NCBI GenBank assembly: GCA_964593805.1
Contig: CAZQHP010000001.1
Coordinates: forward strand, 128,091 to 192,090
Source of the DNA: an uncultured Candidatus Saccharibacteria bacterium
Lineage (GTDB): Bacteria; Patescibacteriota; Saccharimonadia; Saccharimonadales; JBBQAJ01
Direction: 5' to 3'
DNA length: 64,000 bases
The notes below the pieces were generated by a model. It did not search any database, was not told the DNA's origin, and was given only the letters and a program-made list of their open reading frames with translations. Of the stretch, positions 37,821 through 45,488 are shown in pieces. The translations under genes were made by a program, and so were the position numbers. How positions within the stretch are numbered: the stretch's first letter is position 1; each line of letters starts with the position of its first letter.

Positions 37821-37835
37821 TTTGCTAGTGCTTGC
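37821..37835 (+). repeat. island motif copy e (TTTGCTagTGCTTGC)
   Basis: The run of T's before it begins 10 nt after the stop of 37384..37809. TTGCAA-18 nt-TACCCT precedes the ATG at 37873. Confidence 0.65.
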
Positions 37836-37872
37836 AACTAGTATCCTATTTAACATACCCTATTTCTTACAA

Positions 37873-38514
37873 ATGGTAACAGTTAACCCAAATCAACCTC
37901 GTCACCCTTTTGTTCACATAACAAAGGGAGCGCAAAAGCACTTAGCTAACCTGGAGATAGACAGCGAGCGGCTGAACTCGTTTTTACGTGATGATATGGG
38001 GTATGAAAGTAGTATCACGCCAAGATATGTGTTGTATGGCAGGCTTAAACGGTCTGGTTTAAAAGGGCTCCATATTCCTTTTACGCCATATATATTCATA
38101 CAAACTCCATCATCAATGTGGCATGATACTGACAATGACCAAGGCCTAGCCAGAACATCAGTTCATGAGACCACTCATTTTATTGACAGCTGGGATCATC
38201 CGGTCAGGACAGCTGGTGAAACTGCATTAAGATATGCTGCCACACTAGCTTCTATCAAATATTTGGGCCTTGATTCTGCCGAAACAACAGGAACCGTACT
38301 TCTGCCTTACCAACTGCTCGCATTTTATCTTTTGCGGTTCAGTGTTTATTATAACCATCTCGATCCGTCTGAAAGACGTGCACGCAAAAATGAGTATGAC
38401 CCTATTCTACTGACAGCTAGCCAGGAAGCAATGTCTATCTCTGAAGACTACCAAACAATTTATGACCAGGCACAGAATCCTGTTCCGTACGACTGGGTCA
38501 TGGACGGTGAGTAG
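37873..38514 (+). CDS. hypothetical protein with an HExxH motif (possible zinc metallopeptidase)
   Basis: 'TSVHETTHFIDSW' contains H-E-x-x-H. The start was moved from the track's TTG at 37822, which lies inside the motif, to the ATG at 37873. Confidence 0.5.
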   Translation: MVTVNPNQPRHPFVHITKGAQKHLANLEIDSERLNSFLRDDMGYESSITPRYVLYGRLKRSGLKGLHIPFTPYIFIQTPSSMWHDTDNDQGLARTSVHETTHFIDSWDHPVRTAGETALRYAATLASIKYLGLDSAETTGTVLLPYQLLAFYLLRFSVYYNHLDPSERRARKNEYDPILLTASQEAMSISEDYQTIYDQAQNPVPYDWVMDGE

Positions 38515-38518
38515 CGCT

Positions 38519-38533
38519 TTCGCTCATGCTTGC
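38519..38533 (+). repeat. island motif copy f (TTcGCTCATGCTTGC)
   Basis: Starts 4 nt after the stop of 37873..38514. The minus-strand small ORF 38538..38663 stops 4 nt from it. Its outer triplets are CGC...GCG, whereas other copies have TGC...GCA. Confidence 0.65.
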
Positions 38534-38537
38534 GTTT

Positions 38538-38663
38538 TTATGGACTAGTCTGTCGCGTGGTATGGGGGCCCGGATCGATATAAGGGAGCGCTATTCTCAT
38601 AGCGAATAGAATGGCGAATATAGACACCGTAACAACGGCCACAAAGATAATCCTGGATTTCAT
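38538..38663 (-). CDS. possible small hydrophobic membrane peptide (41 aa; below the ORF-track cutoff)
   Basis: Hand translation gives 'MKSRIIFVAVVTVSIFAILFAMRIALPYIDPGPHTTRQTSP'. The ATG lies 7 nt after the stop of 38671..38961 on the same strand. Confidence 0.35.
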   Translation of the reverse strand: MKSRIIFVAVVTVSIFAILFAMRIALPYIDPGPHTTRQTSP

Positions 38664-38670
38664 ACCGCAA

Positions 38671-38961
38671 TTATAACCGGAAAATTTCCCGGAGTCCGAC
38701 TGCTATATCCATGCGTTGTCTCATCCACTGATTGAACAATGCGTCTCTCACTAGATTCTCTACGCTCTGGGCGCCCTTTACTTGCTCTGGATCCTCAACT
38801 CTTGTCTCGTCAACGATAACTTCCATCATACCTGATTGTCCTAGCCACCAAACCACAACATCAGTATCATCAAATCGGGTTACGCATTCGTCAAAGCCGC
38901 CTCGACCATCTTCGTGCTCATGTCTGTAAACTTCTGTGCCTTCTGGTAGTATTAAACTCAT
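38671..38961 (-). CDS. hypothetical protein (96 aa, acidic)
   Basis: The ORF has protein-like composition. The antisense + ORF is Ser/Thr-rich junk. Confidence 0.5.
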   Translation of the reverse strand: MSLILPEGTEVYRHEHEDGRGGFDECVTRFDDTDVVVWWLGQSGMMEVIVDETRVEDPEQVKGAQSVENLVRDALFNQWMRQRMDIAVGLREIFRL

Positions 38962-38995
38962 TCTGCAATTATACCAAAGGTCTAAAACATAACTA

Positions 38996-39010
38996 ACTGC
39001 TCATGGTTGC
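38996..39010 (+). repeat. island motif copy g (acTGCTCATGgTTGC)
   Basis: Followed by TTGCAT-18 nt-AAATAT, SD AAAGGAG and the ATG at 39057. Confidence 0.6.
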
Positions 39011-39056
39011 ATTAATGGCAAATCAGAGGAAAATATGAGTCAAAGGAGTAATTATC

Positions 39057-39362
39057 ATGGCTGAAAAGCGGTTCGGAAGGCTAGACGCAATTCGACACAG
39101 CGTGTTTACTATTGCTCACTACGCAGATGCTGTAATAAAAGGAGAAGCGGTACTTATCCCGGTGGAGCGTAAAACATTTTCCGACAAAATAGCGCCTTTA
39201 CTTAATCCATATGGTTGGGCAAACCCCGAAAGGGTAGTAGACGAAGCGTTGCAGGCACCACTTACAACTTCTGCTAAAACAGACGCAGAAAGGCATTATG
39301 ATTTGCCAAGCGGAACGCTCAGTACAAACGCATGGTCAGCTTCTGAAAGGGCTGAAGTTTAA
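39057..39362 (+). CDS. hypothetical protein (101 aa)
   Basis: ORF with a good SD, downstream of motif copy g. Confidence 0.55.
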   Translation: MAEKRFGRLDAIRHSVFTIAHYADAVIKGEAVLIPVERKTFSDKIAPLLNPYGWANPERVVDEALQAPLTTSAKTDAERHYDLPSGTLSTNAWSASERAEV

Positions 39363-39507
39363 GAAACAAATTCTTACAATTACACTACTCGAACAATAAT
39401 TAGGAATTTTACTTAACGTGTTAACTTTTGTTTGATATTATGGAGTCCATGGCAGAGACAAGAACTCATTGCAAAACCTATCTTCGAGGTGAAAACGGGG
39501 TTTTGTT

Positions 39508-40263
39508 ATGAGTTCTATAGTTAAAGTTACCAACGTAACTAAGAAGTACGGCAAGAAAAAGGCCGTAGACGGTATAGGCTTTGAAATCAAAGAGGGCGAA
39601 ATCTTTGGCATTCTGGGTCCCAACGGCGCTGGCAAAACCACCACGCTGGAGATGATTGAAACCCTGCGGGAGATTGACGGTGGAAATATTATGGTAGATG
39701 GTCTGGACGTGTCCAAACACGGGCAGCAGATTAAATACATCATTGGCGTGCAGCCTCAAAGCCCAGCGTTTATGGACAAAGTCAAACTGACTGAACACCT
39801 GGAGCAGCTAGCCTCCGCCTACGGCGCCAAAGTGAACGCCAAAAAGCTACTAGCAGAAGTCGGTCTGACAGACAGAGCCAGTGCTTATGTAGAGCAGCTA
39901 TCTGGCGGCCAGAAACAGCGTTTTAGCATCGTGGCTTCGCTGGTGCATAAACCCAAAGTATTTTTCATGGATGAACCAACCACCGGGCTAGACCCGCAAG
40001 CGCGGCGCAATTTGTGGGAGCTTATCAAAGAAACCCGGGACAAAGGTGTCACGATTCTGCTGACCACCCACTATATGGAAGAAGCCGAACTGCTCTGCGA
40101 CCGCGTGGCAATCATGGACAAAGGCAAAATCATCGCCCTAGATACGCCCAAAAATCTAGTCCAACAGCTGCTAAAACGAGGCTTCAAAAAGGCCCAGCAC
40201 GTCGAACAGGCCAACCTGGAAGACGTGTTTATTGACCTAACCGGAAAGGATTTGAGGGACTAG
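39508..40263 (+). CDS. ABC transporter ATP-binding protein (ABC-2/drug-exporter type)
   Basis: Walker A 'GPNGAGKTT', signature 'LSGGQKQRF', Walker B 'VFFMDEPTTGLD'. Confidence 0.9.
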   Translation: MSSIVKVTNVTKKYGKKKAVDGIGFEIKEGEIFGILGPNGAGKTTTLEMIETLREIDGGNIMVDGLDVSKHGQQIKYIIGVQPQSPAFMDKVKLTEHLEQLASAYGAKVNAKKLLAEVGLTDRASAYVEQLSGGQKQRFSIVASLVHKPKVFFMDEPTTGLDPQARRNLWELIKETRDKGVTILLTTHYMEEAELLCDRVAIMDKGKIIALDTPKNLVQQLLKRGFKKAQHVEQANLEDVFIDLTGKDLRD

Positions 40264-40265
40264 TT

Positions 40266-41372
40266 ATGAAAAAAACGTTTTTACCGGTAAAAACTTTCGC
40301 CCGCATCGCTATTCGCCGGTCATTCAGAGATAAAACAGCCATATTCTTTATCTTTTTGTTCCCGTTAATTTTCCTGTTTGTTTTTGGCGGTATTTTTGGC
40401 AAAAAAAGCGAAGTATCTTTCAAAATCGCCCTGGTAAACCAGTCTAGCAGTGAATTTTCCCAGCAGTTCGTGAAACAAATGGGCGAGTCCAAAGTTTTCA
40501 AAATAGATCAAGAAGCAACATCTTTGGACTCCGCCAAAGAAAAAATGAGCCGTGCCCAGCTGGATGCCGCCATTGTATTGCCAGAAGACTTTGGAGCCGT
40601 AAAAAACGCCCAGTACCCCTCGGGCCAGGCCAAAATTTACTACACCCAAAACAGCCAAAGTGCCGCCCAAACGCTGGAATCGGTACTAAATTCCGTCTTC
40701 GCGGACATCAACAAAGGATTAGTCAAAGCCGATGTGCCATTTACGGCCGCCAGCGAGCAGATAAACGCCAAAAGCCTGAGCCAGTTTGACTACACTTTTG
40801 CCGGTTTGCTTGGTTTTAGCATCATAGGACTCGGTATATTTGGTCCGGTAAACGTCTTTCCGGAACTGAAAAAACAAGGAATTTTGCGCCGCCTGCACAC
40901 CACGCCGCTCAAAGTCTGGCAGTATTTTCTGGCAAACGTTCTGAGCCAAGCGTTCGTGGGGATTTTTTCTATCCTGCTGATGTTCGCGGTTGCTATGGTG
41001 GTGTTCCATCTAAAAGTCAGCGGCAATCCGTTTGAACTTGGAGCGTACATTTTATTTGGAATTGCCATGATTTTTGGAATCGGCATGGCCATTGGCGGCT
41101 GGGCGCGCGACGTCAACCAAGCCGCGCCGCTGTCTAACATAGTTGTTTTCCCCATGATGTTTTTGTCTGGCACGTTTTTCCCACGCTTTCTCATGCCAGA
41201 ATGGCTGCAGACTGTGTCTTCTTTTCTGCCGCTGACGCCTGTAATTGACGGTATCCGCCTGATTGCCACGGAGGGCAAACATCTGACTCAGCTTGGCCCG
41301 CAGCTGGGCATGATGGCTGCCTGGATGGTTATTGTATATGCTATCGCCTTCCGCTCGTTCCGCTGGGAATAG
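40266..41372 (+). CDS. ABC-2 type transporter permease
   Basis: 368 aa. Has an N-terminal TM, a large extracytoplasmic loop and then 5 TM segments (ABC2_membrane-like). Confidence 0.7.
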   Translation: MKKTFLPVKTFARIAIRRSFRDKTAIFFIFLFPLIFLFVFGGIFGKKSEVSFKIALVNQSSSEFSQQFVKQMGESKVFKIDQEATSLDSAKEKMSRAQLDAAIVLPEDFGAVKNAQYPSGQAKIYYTQNSQSAAQTLESVLNSVFADINKGLVKADVPFTAASEQINAKSLSQFDYTFAGLLGFSIIGLGIFGPVNVFPELKKQGILRRLHTTPLKVWQYFLANVLSQAFVGIFSILLMFAVAMVVFHLKVSGNPFELGAYILFGIAMIFGIGMAIGGWARDVNQAAPLSNIVVFPMMFLSGTFFPRFLMPEWLQTVSSFLPLTPVIDGIRLIATEGKHLTQLGPQLGMMAAWMVIVYAIAFRSFRWE

Positions 41373-41374
41373 AA

Positions 41375-41389
41375 AATTCTCATGCTTGC
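41375..41389 (+). repeat. island motif copy h (aaTtCTCATGCTTGC)
   Basis: Starts 3 nt after the permease stop. TTGCGC-17 nt-TATGGT follows, with ATGs at 41410 and 41422. The latter would be near-leaderless. Confidence 0.6.
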
Positions 41390-41409
41390 GCTGGTTTTAA
41401 GTTGGGAGT

Positions 41410-41952
41410 ATGGTGTCAAATATGACTGCACCAGGTGAGGTTCTAGCTAACCCAGAAATTACTACTGCTAACTTCGGCGAGGTATTACTTTTTGCATACG
41501 CTGGTTTTATGCGCCAAATCGGTCAAGACCAAGAAATCGCAGCTAATCTACGTATGCGGGCTGTAGCGGCCGAGGAGACACTTTTCGGAGCCATGGCAGA
41601 TGGTATGCAAGAGGGACAGGGGTTAGAGGTTTTGGATCTGGCTACTAGGTCGCTTGGGCTAAGGGAACTTGCTAAGATTGCCGAAAACCTACACGGCGGT
41701 GATTATAAACATTTTCCAAATTGTTGGGATCGCGACGTTAGAAACAAAAAAGTCACCGTGACTCCACTTGAGGGTAGAAATAGACCAGAAACAGAGGAGT
41801 TCACTGGCTTTATCTGGGACATCAATCTACGTCCAGGTTACTCGCGACTGACGGTTGCAAAAAGATTATTACTGGGTAACACGAGACATTTTAGGGAGCT
41901 GGTGGATCCTGTTGATTTTCAAGCGAATGTGAAGTTGCAGTTTCACGAATAA
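41410..41952 (+). CDS. hypothetical protein (180 aa)
   Basis: ORF downstream of motif copy h. No family recognised. Confidence 0.5.
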   Translation: MVSNMTAPGEVLANPEITTANFGEVLLFAYAGFMRQIGQDQEIAANLRMRAVAAEETLFGAMADGMQEGQGLEVLDLATRSLGLRELAKIAENLHGGDYKHFPNCWDRDVRNKKVTVTPLEGRNRPETEEFTGFIWDINLRPGYSRLTVAKRLLLGNTRHFRELVDPVDFQANVKLQFHE

Positions 41953-41963
41953 GTACATCTAAC

Positions 41964-41978
41964 TTTGCTATGCTGTAG
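41964..41978 (+). repeat. degenerate island motif copy i (TTTGCT-ATGCTGTAG)
   Basis: Lies 12 nt after the stop of 41410..41952 and ends 2 nt before the ATG at 41981. One base is deleted relative to the consensus. Confidence 0.35.
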
Positions 41979-41980
41979 TT

Positions 41981-42622
41981 ATGAAACCGAGGCAATTGCA
42001 GCTGGTGGTGTGGGGGATGAGCCTGGGGGCGGTGGTTTTGGCAATCTTTGCATGGGGCGCGAGCTATGATTGGAAAATTTCCGAGCTAAGCACCTACGAG
42101 CTATTCCCGGTGTTTGGTCTGGTGGCATTTAGTCTCATGTGGAGTCATTATGTGGCAGCGGCGCTCAGGTTGCACTTCGGGCTGGACAAATCAGTACTCA
42201 GCAACTACTTCGAGGTAACCAGCCTGGCAGTGTTGGCGGCAATCCTGCTACATCCAGGGCTTTTGGCGTGGCAATTGTGGCGTGACGGTCTGGGCTTGCC
42301 GCCCGGCAGCGAGCTGAATTATGCCGGCTCACGCATGAAAATGACGGTCTTGCTGGGCATGATAGCGCTAGTCGTATTCCTGGCTTACGAATTTAGGCGC
42401 GCCTTTGATCAAAAATCCTGGTGGAAATATGTCCAGTACGGCTCTGACGCGGCCATCTTGCTGATTGTCATCCACTCCCTAAAGCTGGGGACTCATCTAC
42501 AAACCGGCTGGTTCAAAACAGTTTGGCTGTTTTACGCTGTGAGCCTGCTAATTTCGATTGCCTACATCTACTACCGAAAGGCAACTAACAAGAAAACAAC
42601 TCCACCTCTTGTCAAATCTTGA
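41981..42622 (+). CDS. polytopic membrane protein with conserved-looking His residues, unknown function
   Basis: 213 aa with about 6 TM segments. His residues lie in TM segments ('MWSHYVAAALRLH', 'LLHPG', 'VIHSLKLGTH'). A b-type cytochrome or ferric-reductase-like role is speculative. Confidence 0.5.
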   Translation: MKPRQLQLVVWGMSLGAVVLAIFAWGASYDWKISELSTYELFPVFGLVAFSLMWSHYVAAALRLHFGLDKSVLSNYFEVTSLAVLAAILLHPGLLAWQLWRDGLGLPPGSELNYAGSRMKMTVLLGMIALVVFLAYEFRRAFDQKSWWKYVQYGSDAAILLIVIHSLKLGTHLQTGWFKTVWLFYAVSLLISIAYIYYRKATNKKTTPPLVKS

Positions 42623-42637
42623 CATCTGTGTTATAAT
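42609..42637 (+). promoter_or_regulatory. sigma70-type promoter
   Basis: TTGTCA-17 nt-TATAAT, about 7 nt upstream of the ATG at 42644 (near-leaderless). Confidence 0.55.
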
Positions 42638-42643
42638 ACATTC

Positions 42644-42991
42644 ATGACTACTCCTGCAGAACAAATAACACACCAAGAAGTCGACGGTGACATCCTGCCC
42701 CCAGACCCTGCAACTTTGCCAAAAGACGACCCCAACGCCCCGCACTTTGAACCTTTCCGTAACAGAGATAAACTTCTTCCAGACGTCGCCCCTTACGTGG
42801 AAACAGAAGAATCCGAATCGGAAACGGCCGGAGAAGTAGGCATGTTTGCCGTGTCATCCAGCAAACCTGAAATCCCGGAAGATGTAAGAGCTGAGCTAAA
42901 AGCCTTTCGCGACAGGCACCCTTCAGCTTCTAGATCGACCGACGAGCGGCACATAACGCTATTTCACGCCCGCGGCCGCGGCTCTTTGTAG
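42644..42991 (+). CDS. hypothetical acidic/Pro-rich protein (115 aa)
   Basis: ORF directly after the consensus promoter. No family recognised. Confidence 0.5.
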   Translation: MTTPAEQITHQEVDGDILPPDPATLPKDDPNAPHFEPFRNRDKLLPDVAPYVETEESESETAGEVGMFAVSSSKPEIPEDVRAELKAFRDRHPSASRSTDERHITLFHARGRGSL

Positions 42992-42999
42992 GCAAAGAT

Positions 43000-44394
43000 A
43001 TGGCAGGCAAAAGTTCTCAACAAGAAAGTTTGATTGTCGTAGCTGAAAAAAGCGGGGCTATGCATGTGCGGGACTTCGAAGCCGACCCGCTGGCAAACGA
43101 CCGCTGCGAACAAAAACTACACCTTATAAACGCCCTACAAGATTTAGGTGCTGCCAAGCTGCGAGACGGTTTTGCTGCAGCCGATCCTCAAGTTATTCAA
43201 GAACGCTACGGTAAACGAACACAAGACGTAGTGGCTGGCGCAGCTCGCAAAAAAGGTGAACTGTTAGCAAGTGCCGAAGAAAACTTCAAACGCGCCAGTA
43301 AATTCAGCGAACTCCAAGATCATATAAGGCAATTTGGCCGGTATGCGCTTGGCAAGCTGCACCCGTATGGGGTACATCGTGTAATGTTTTCGGATTTCGC
43401 AAAACGCTTCTATGTGGCAGGTGACAGTTTCAAAGCTCGCGCAGGCTACCGCAAGCAATTAATTGCCGACATCACTGATATGCAGGGCTGGGAACGTCCA
43501 GAAGAATTCATTCCAGCGGTCACAAGGTTCAACCGCGAACAAGGCTACCGTCCACATCAGGAAAAGCCAACACCAAAAACACAGGACTCCCAAGCAAACA
43601 GAGAACTTGAAAAACTGACAACGCTGGACAAACTAGATGCGGTAGTTGGTGATCCACGAGCACAATTTATTCCAAAAACCAATCATGCCAAAAACACTGT
43701 TACTGCTTGGCTTGACTACCTGGATAACCCCGCGCATCCAGCCGGAATCAATAATCAGCTGTTTGAAGTGTATATTTCAAATCAAAAGCGTCTGCGTATG
43801 ACGCCGTCCGAAGCAGCTCGAGCTCTTGAGTCAATAGCGTGGGAAGTTACTGATCATGCGTCAGATGCTCAGCAAAGCTTGGAACATGTTACAGACTTGC
43901 AGGCGCAAGTTGCTGAATGTATGGCACCCCATGTGACGCTTGCCGAAGAATTTCCTGATGGGCATCCAGGTCTATACGTATGGGCTAGGCATCGTGCATT
44001 GAAAGAACTTATGGCAACTGGTTATGTAGCCGGTTTGGACAAGCCAATGACGGTTCTGCGCACTACGACCGACCCACCACCCTCCCAACGCCCGCACGGA
44101 ACTGAACCAGGCAAGCACAAGACATTGCAAAATCAATTTACACGGGATGACATTCAACCAAAATTCAAAACATACGTAGAAGATTTGGTAGCACGTACGC
44201 GGATTGGTGAGGTGCGCGGAGAGTTCGGTGATATTTTGACTGACCTGACCAACGAATTAGAATTTTTCCAAAACAGACTTGCGGAGATAGCCAACATAGA
44301 TGCGCACTCGCGAGATAATCCACGTTTTAGCACGGCCCGAGACGTTGCTAAAAGAGCCGTCGCTGAACTTGTGTCGCATAATGCGGTAGCATAG
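43000..44394 (+). CDS. hypothetical protein (464 aa, soluble, helical)
   Basis: Long ORF tightly following 42644..42991. No catalytic motif recognised. Confidence 0.55.
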   Translation: MAGKSSQQESLIVVAEKSGAMHVRDFEADPLANDRCEQKLHLINALQDLGAAKLRDGFAAADPQVIQERYGKRTQDVVAGAARKKGELLASAEENFKRASKFSELQDHIRQFGRYALGKLHPYGVHRVMFSDFAKRFYVAGDSFKARAGYRKQLIADITDMQGWERPEEFIPAVTRFNREQGYRPHQEKPTPKTQDSQANRELEKLTTLDKLDAVVGDPRAQFIPKTNHAKNTVTAWLDYLDNPAHPAGINNQLFEVYISNQKRLRMTPSEAARALESIAWEVTDHASDAQQSLEHVTDLQAQVAECMAPHVTLAEEFPDGHPGLYVWARHRALKELMATGYVAGLDKPMTVLRTTTDPPPSQRPHGTEPGKHKTLQNQFTRDDIQPKFKTYVEDLVARTRIGEVRGEFGDILTDLTNELEFFQNRLAEIANIDAHSRDNPRFSTARDVAKRAVAELVSHNAVA

Positions 44395-44398
44395 TAGG

Positions 44399-45349
44399 AT
44401 GAACATCTGGGAGAAATTGCCTAAGCCGTTTTTTGTGTTGGCGCCGATGGATGACGTGACGGACACGGTATTTCGGCAAATCATAGCTGAGACTGCCCCT
44501 CCAGATCTGTTTTTTACGGAGTTTGTGAATGTGGAAGCACTCAACAGCCCGGGCAGGGAAAAGACCCTGCCAAGGCTGCGGCTAGATAGCAAAAAAGAGC
44601 ACCCCATCATCGCGCAGATATGGGGTCTAAACCCGGAAAACTTCTACAAAGCCGCGCAGGACATAGCGGTCATGGGCTATGACGGTATAGATATAAACTT
44701 CGGTTGTCCCATAAAAAACGTGGTGGCCAACGGTGCCTGTTCGGCGCTGATTTTGCCAGAAAACCGGGGTAGGGCAGTGGAAATGATTCAAGCCACCAAG
44801 GAAGGAGCCCCTACTCTTCCCCTGAGTGTCAAAACCCGGTTGGGTTATAGAAACTTTGATCTCACGTGGCACCAATTACTGCTTGAGCAGAAACTTAACG
44901 CGTTAACTATCCATGGCAGGACCAAATCTCAAATGAGCAAAGTTCCGGCCGATTGGGGTAAGATCGGCGAAATCCGCGAACTTCGCGACCGTACCTCCCC
45001 TACTACTAAAATCATCGGCAACGGCGACGTTATAACCAGGGCTCAGGGCTCAGAACTTGCAACTCACTACTCTTTGGACGGGATTATGATAGGCAGGGGC
45101 GTTTTTGACGACCCATTTGTTTTTGCTAAGAAATCACCATGGGCAGAGTTTACTAAGGAACAGAAAGTTGATTTATATCGTCAGCACGTGGAGTTGTTTG
45201 CGAATACTTGGAAAAACAACGAGCGCAAAGTTATAACCCTAAACAAATTCTGCAAAATCTACATTCAGGGCTTTGACGGTGCCAAAGAATCGCGCGAAAA
45301 GCTGATGGTTTGCAAGTCTGCAGACGAACTACTAATAAATCTAAAATAA
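44399..45349 (+). CDS. dus: tRNA-dihydrouridine synthase
   Basis: 'FVLAPMDDVTDTVFRQI...IDINFGCP...VKTRLG...LTIHGRT' are Dus TIM-barrel motifs. Confidence 0.85.
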   Translation: MNIWEKLPKPFFVLAPMDDVTDTVFRQIIAETAPPDLFFTEFVNVEALNSPGREKTLPRLRLDSKKEHPIIAQIWGLNPENFYKAAQDIAVMGYDGIDINFGCPIKNVVANGACSALILPENRGRAVEMIQATKEGAPTLPLSVKTRLGYRNFDLTWHQLLLEQKLNALTIHGRTKSQMSKVPADWGKIGEIRELRDRTSPTTKIIGNGDVITRAQGSELATHYSLDGIMIGRGVFDDPFVFAKKSPWAEFTKEQKVDLYRQHVELFANTWKNNERKVITLNKFCKIYIQGFDGAKESREKLMVCKSADELLINLK

Positions 45350-45351
45350 TG

Positions 45352-45427
45352 TGGTGGGGGTGGTTGGAATCGAACCAACTACCAAGACGTTATGAGCGTC
45401 CTGCTCTAACCGATGAGCTACACCCCC
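45352..45427 (-). tRNA. tRNA with CAU anticodon (elongator Met or Ile2/k2C), CCA encoded
   Basis: Hand-folded cloverleaf: GGGGGTG/CACCCCC acceptor, GCTC/GAGC D stem, GGACG-CTCATAA-CGTCT anticodon arm and GTTGG-TTCGATT-CCAAC T arm. Confidence 0.85.
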
Positions 45428-45488
45428 GTATCATCATCAGGCTAACAGGGATGAGTATAGCAGATTTTGGTGTATAATAAGTCTACAA

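Noticed and set aside
31601-41978. Considered a classical integron cassette array with attC sites
   Set aside because: There are no R''/R' core sites (RYYYAAC/GTTRRRY) and no imperfect palindromes of attC length around the motif. No intI integrase or attI is present in the window. An unconventional cassette system is kept as a hypothesis, but it is not called an integron.
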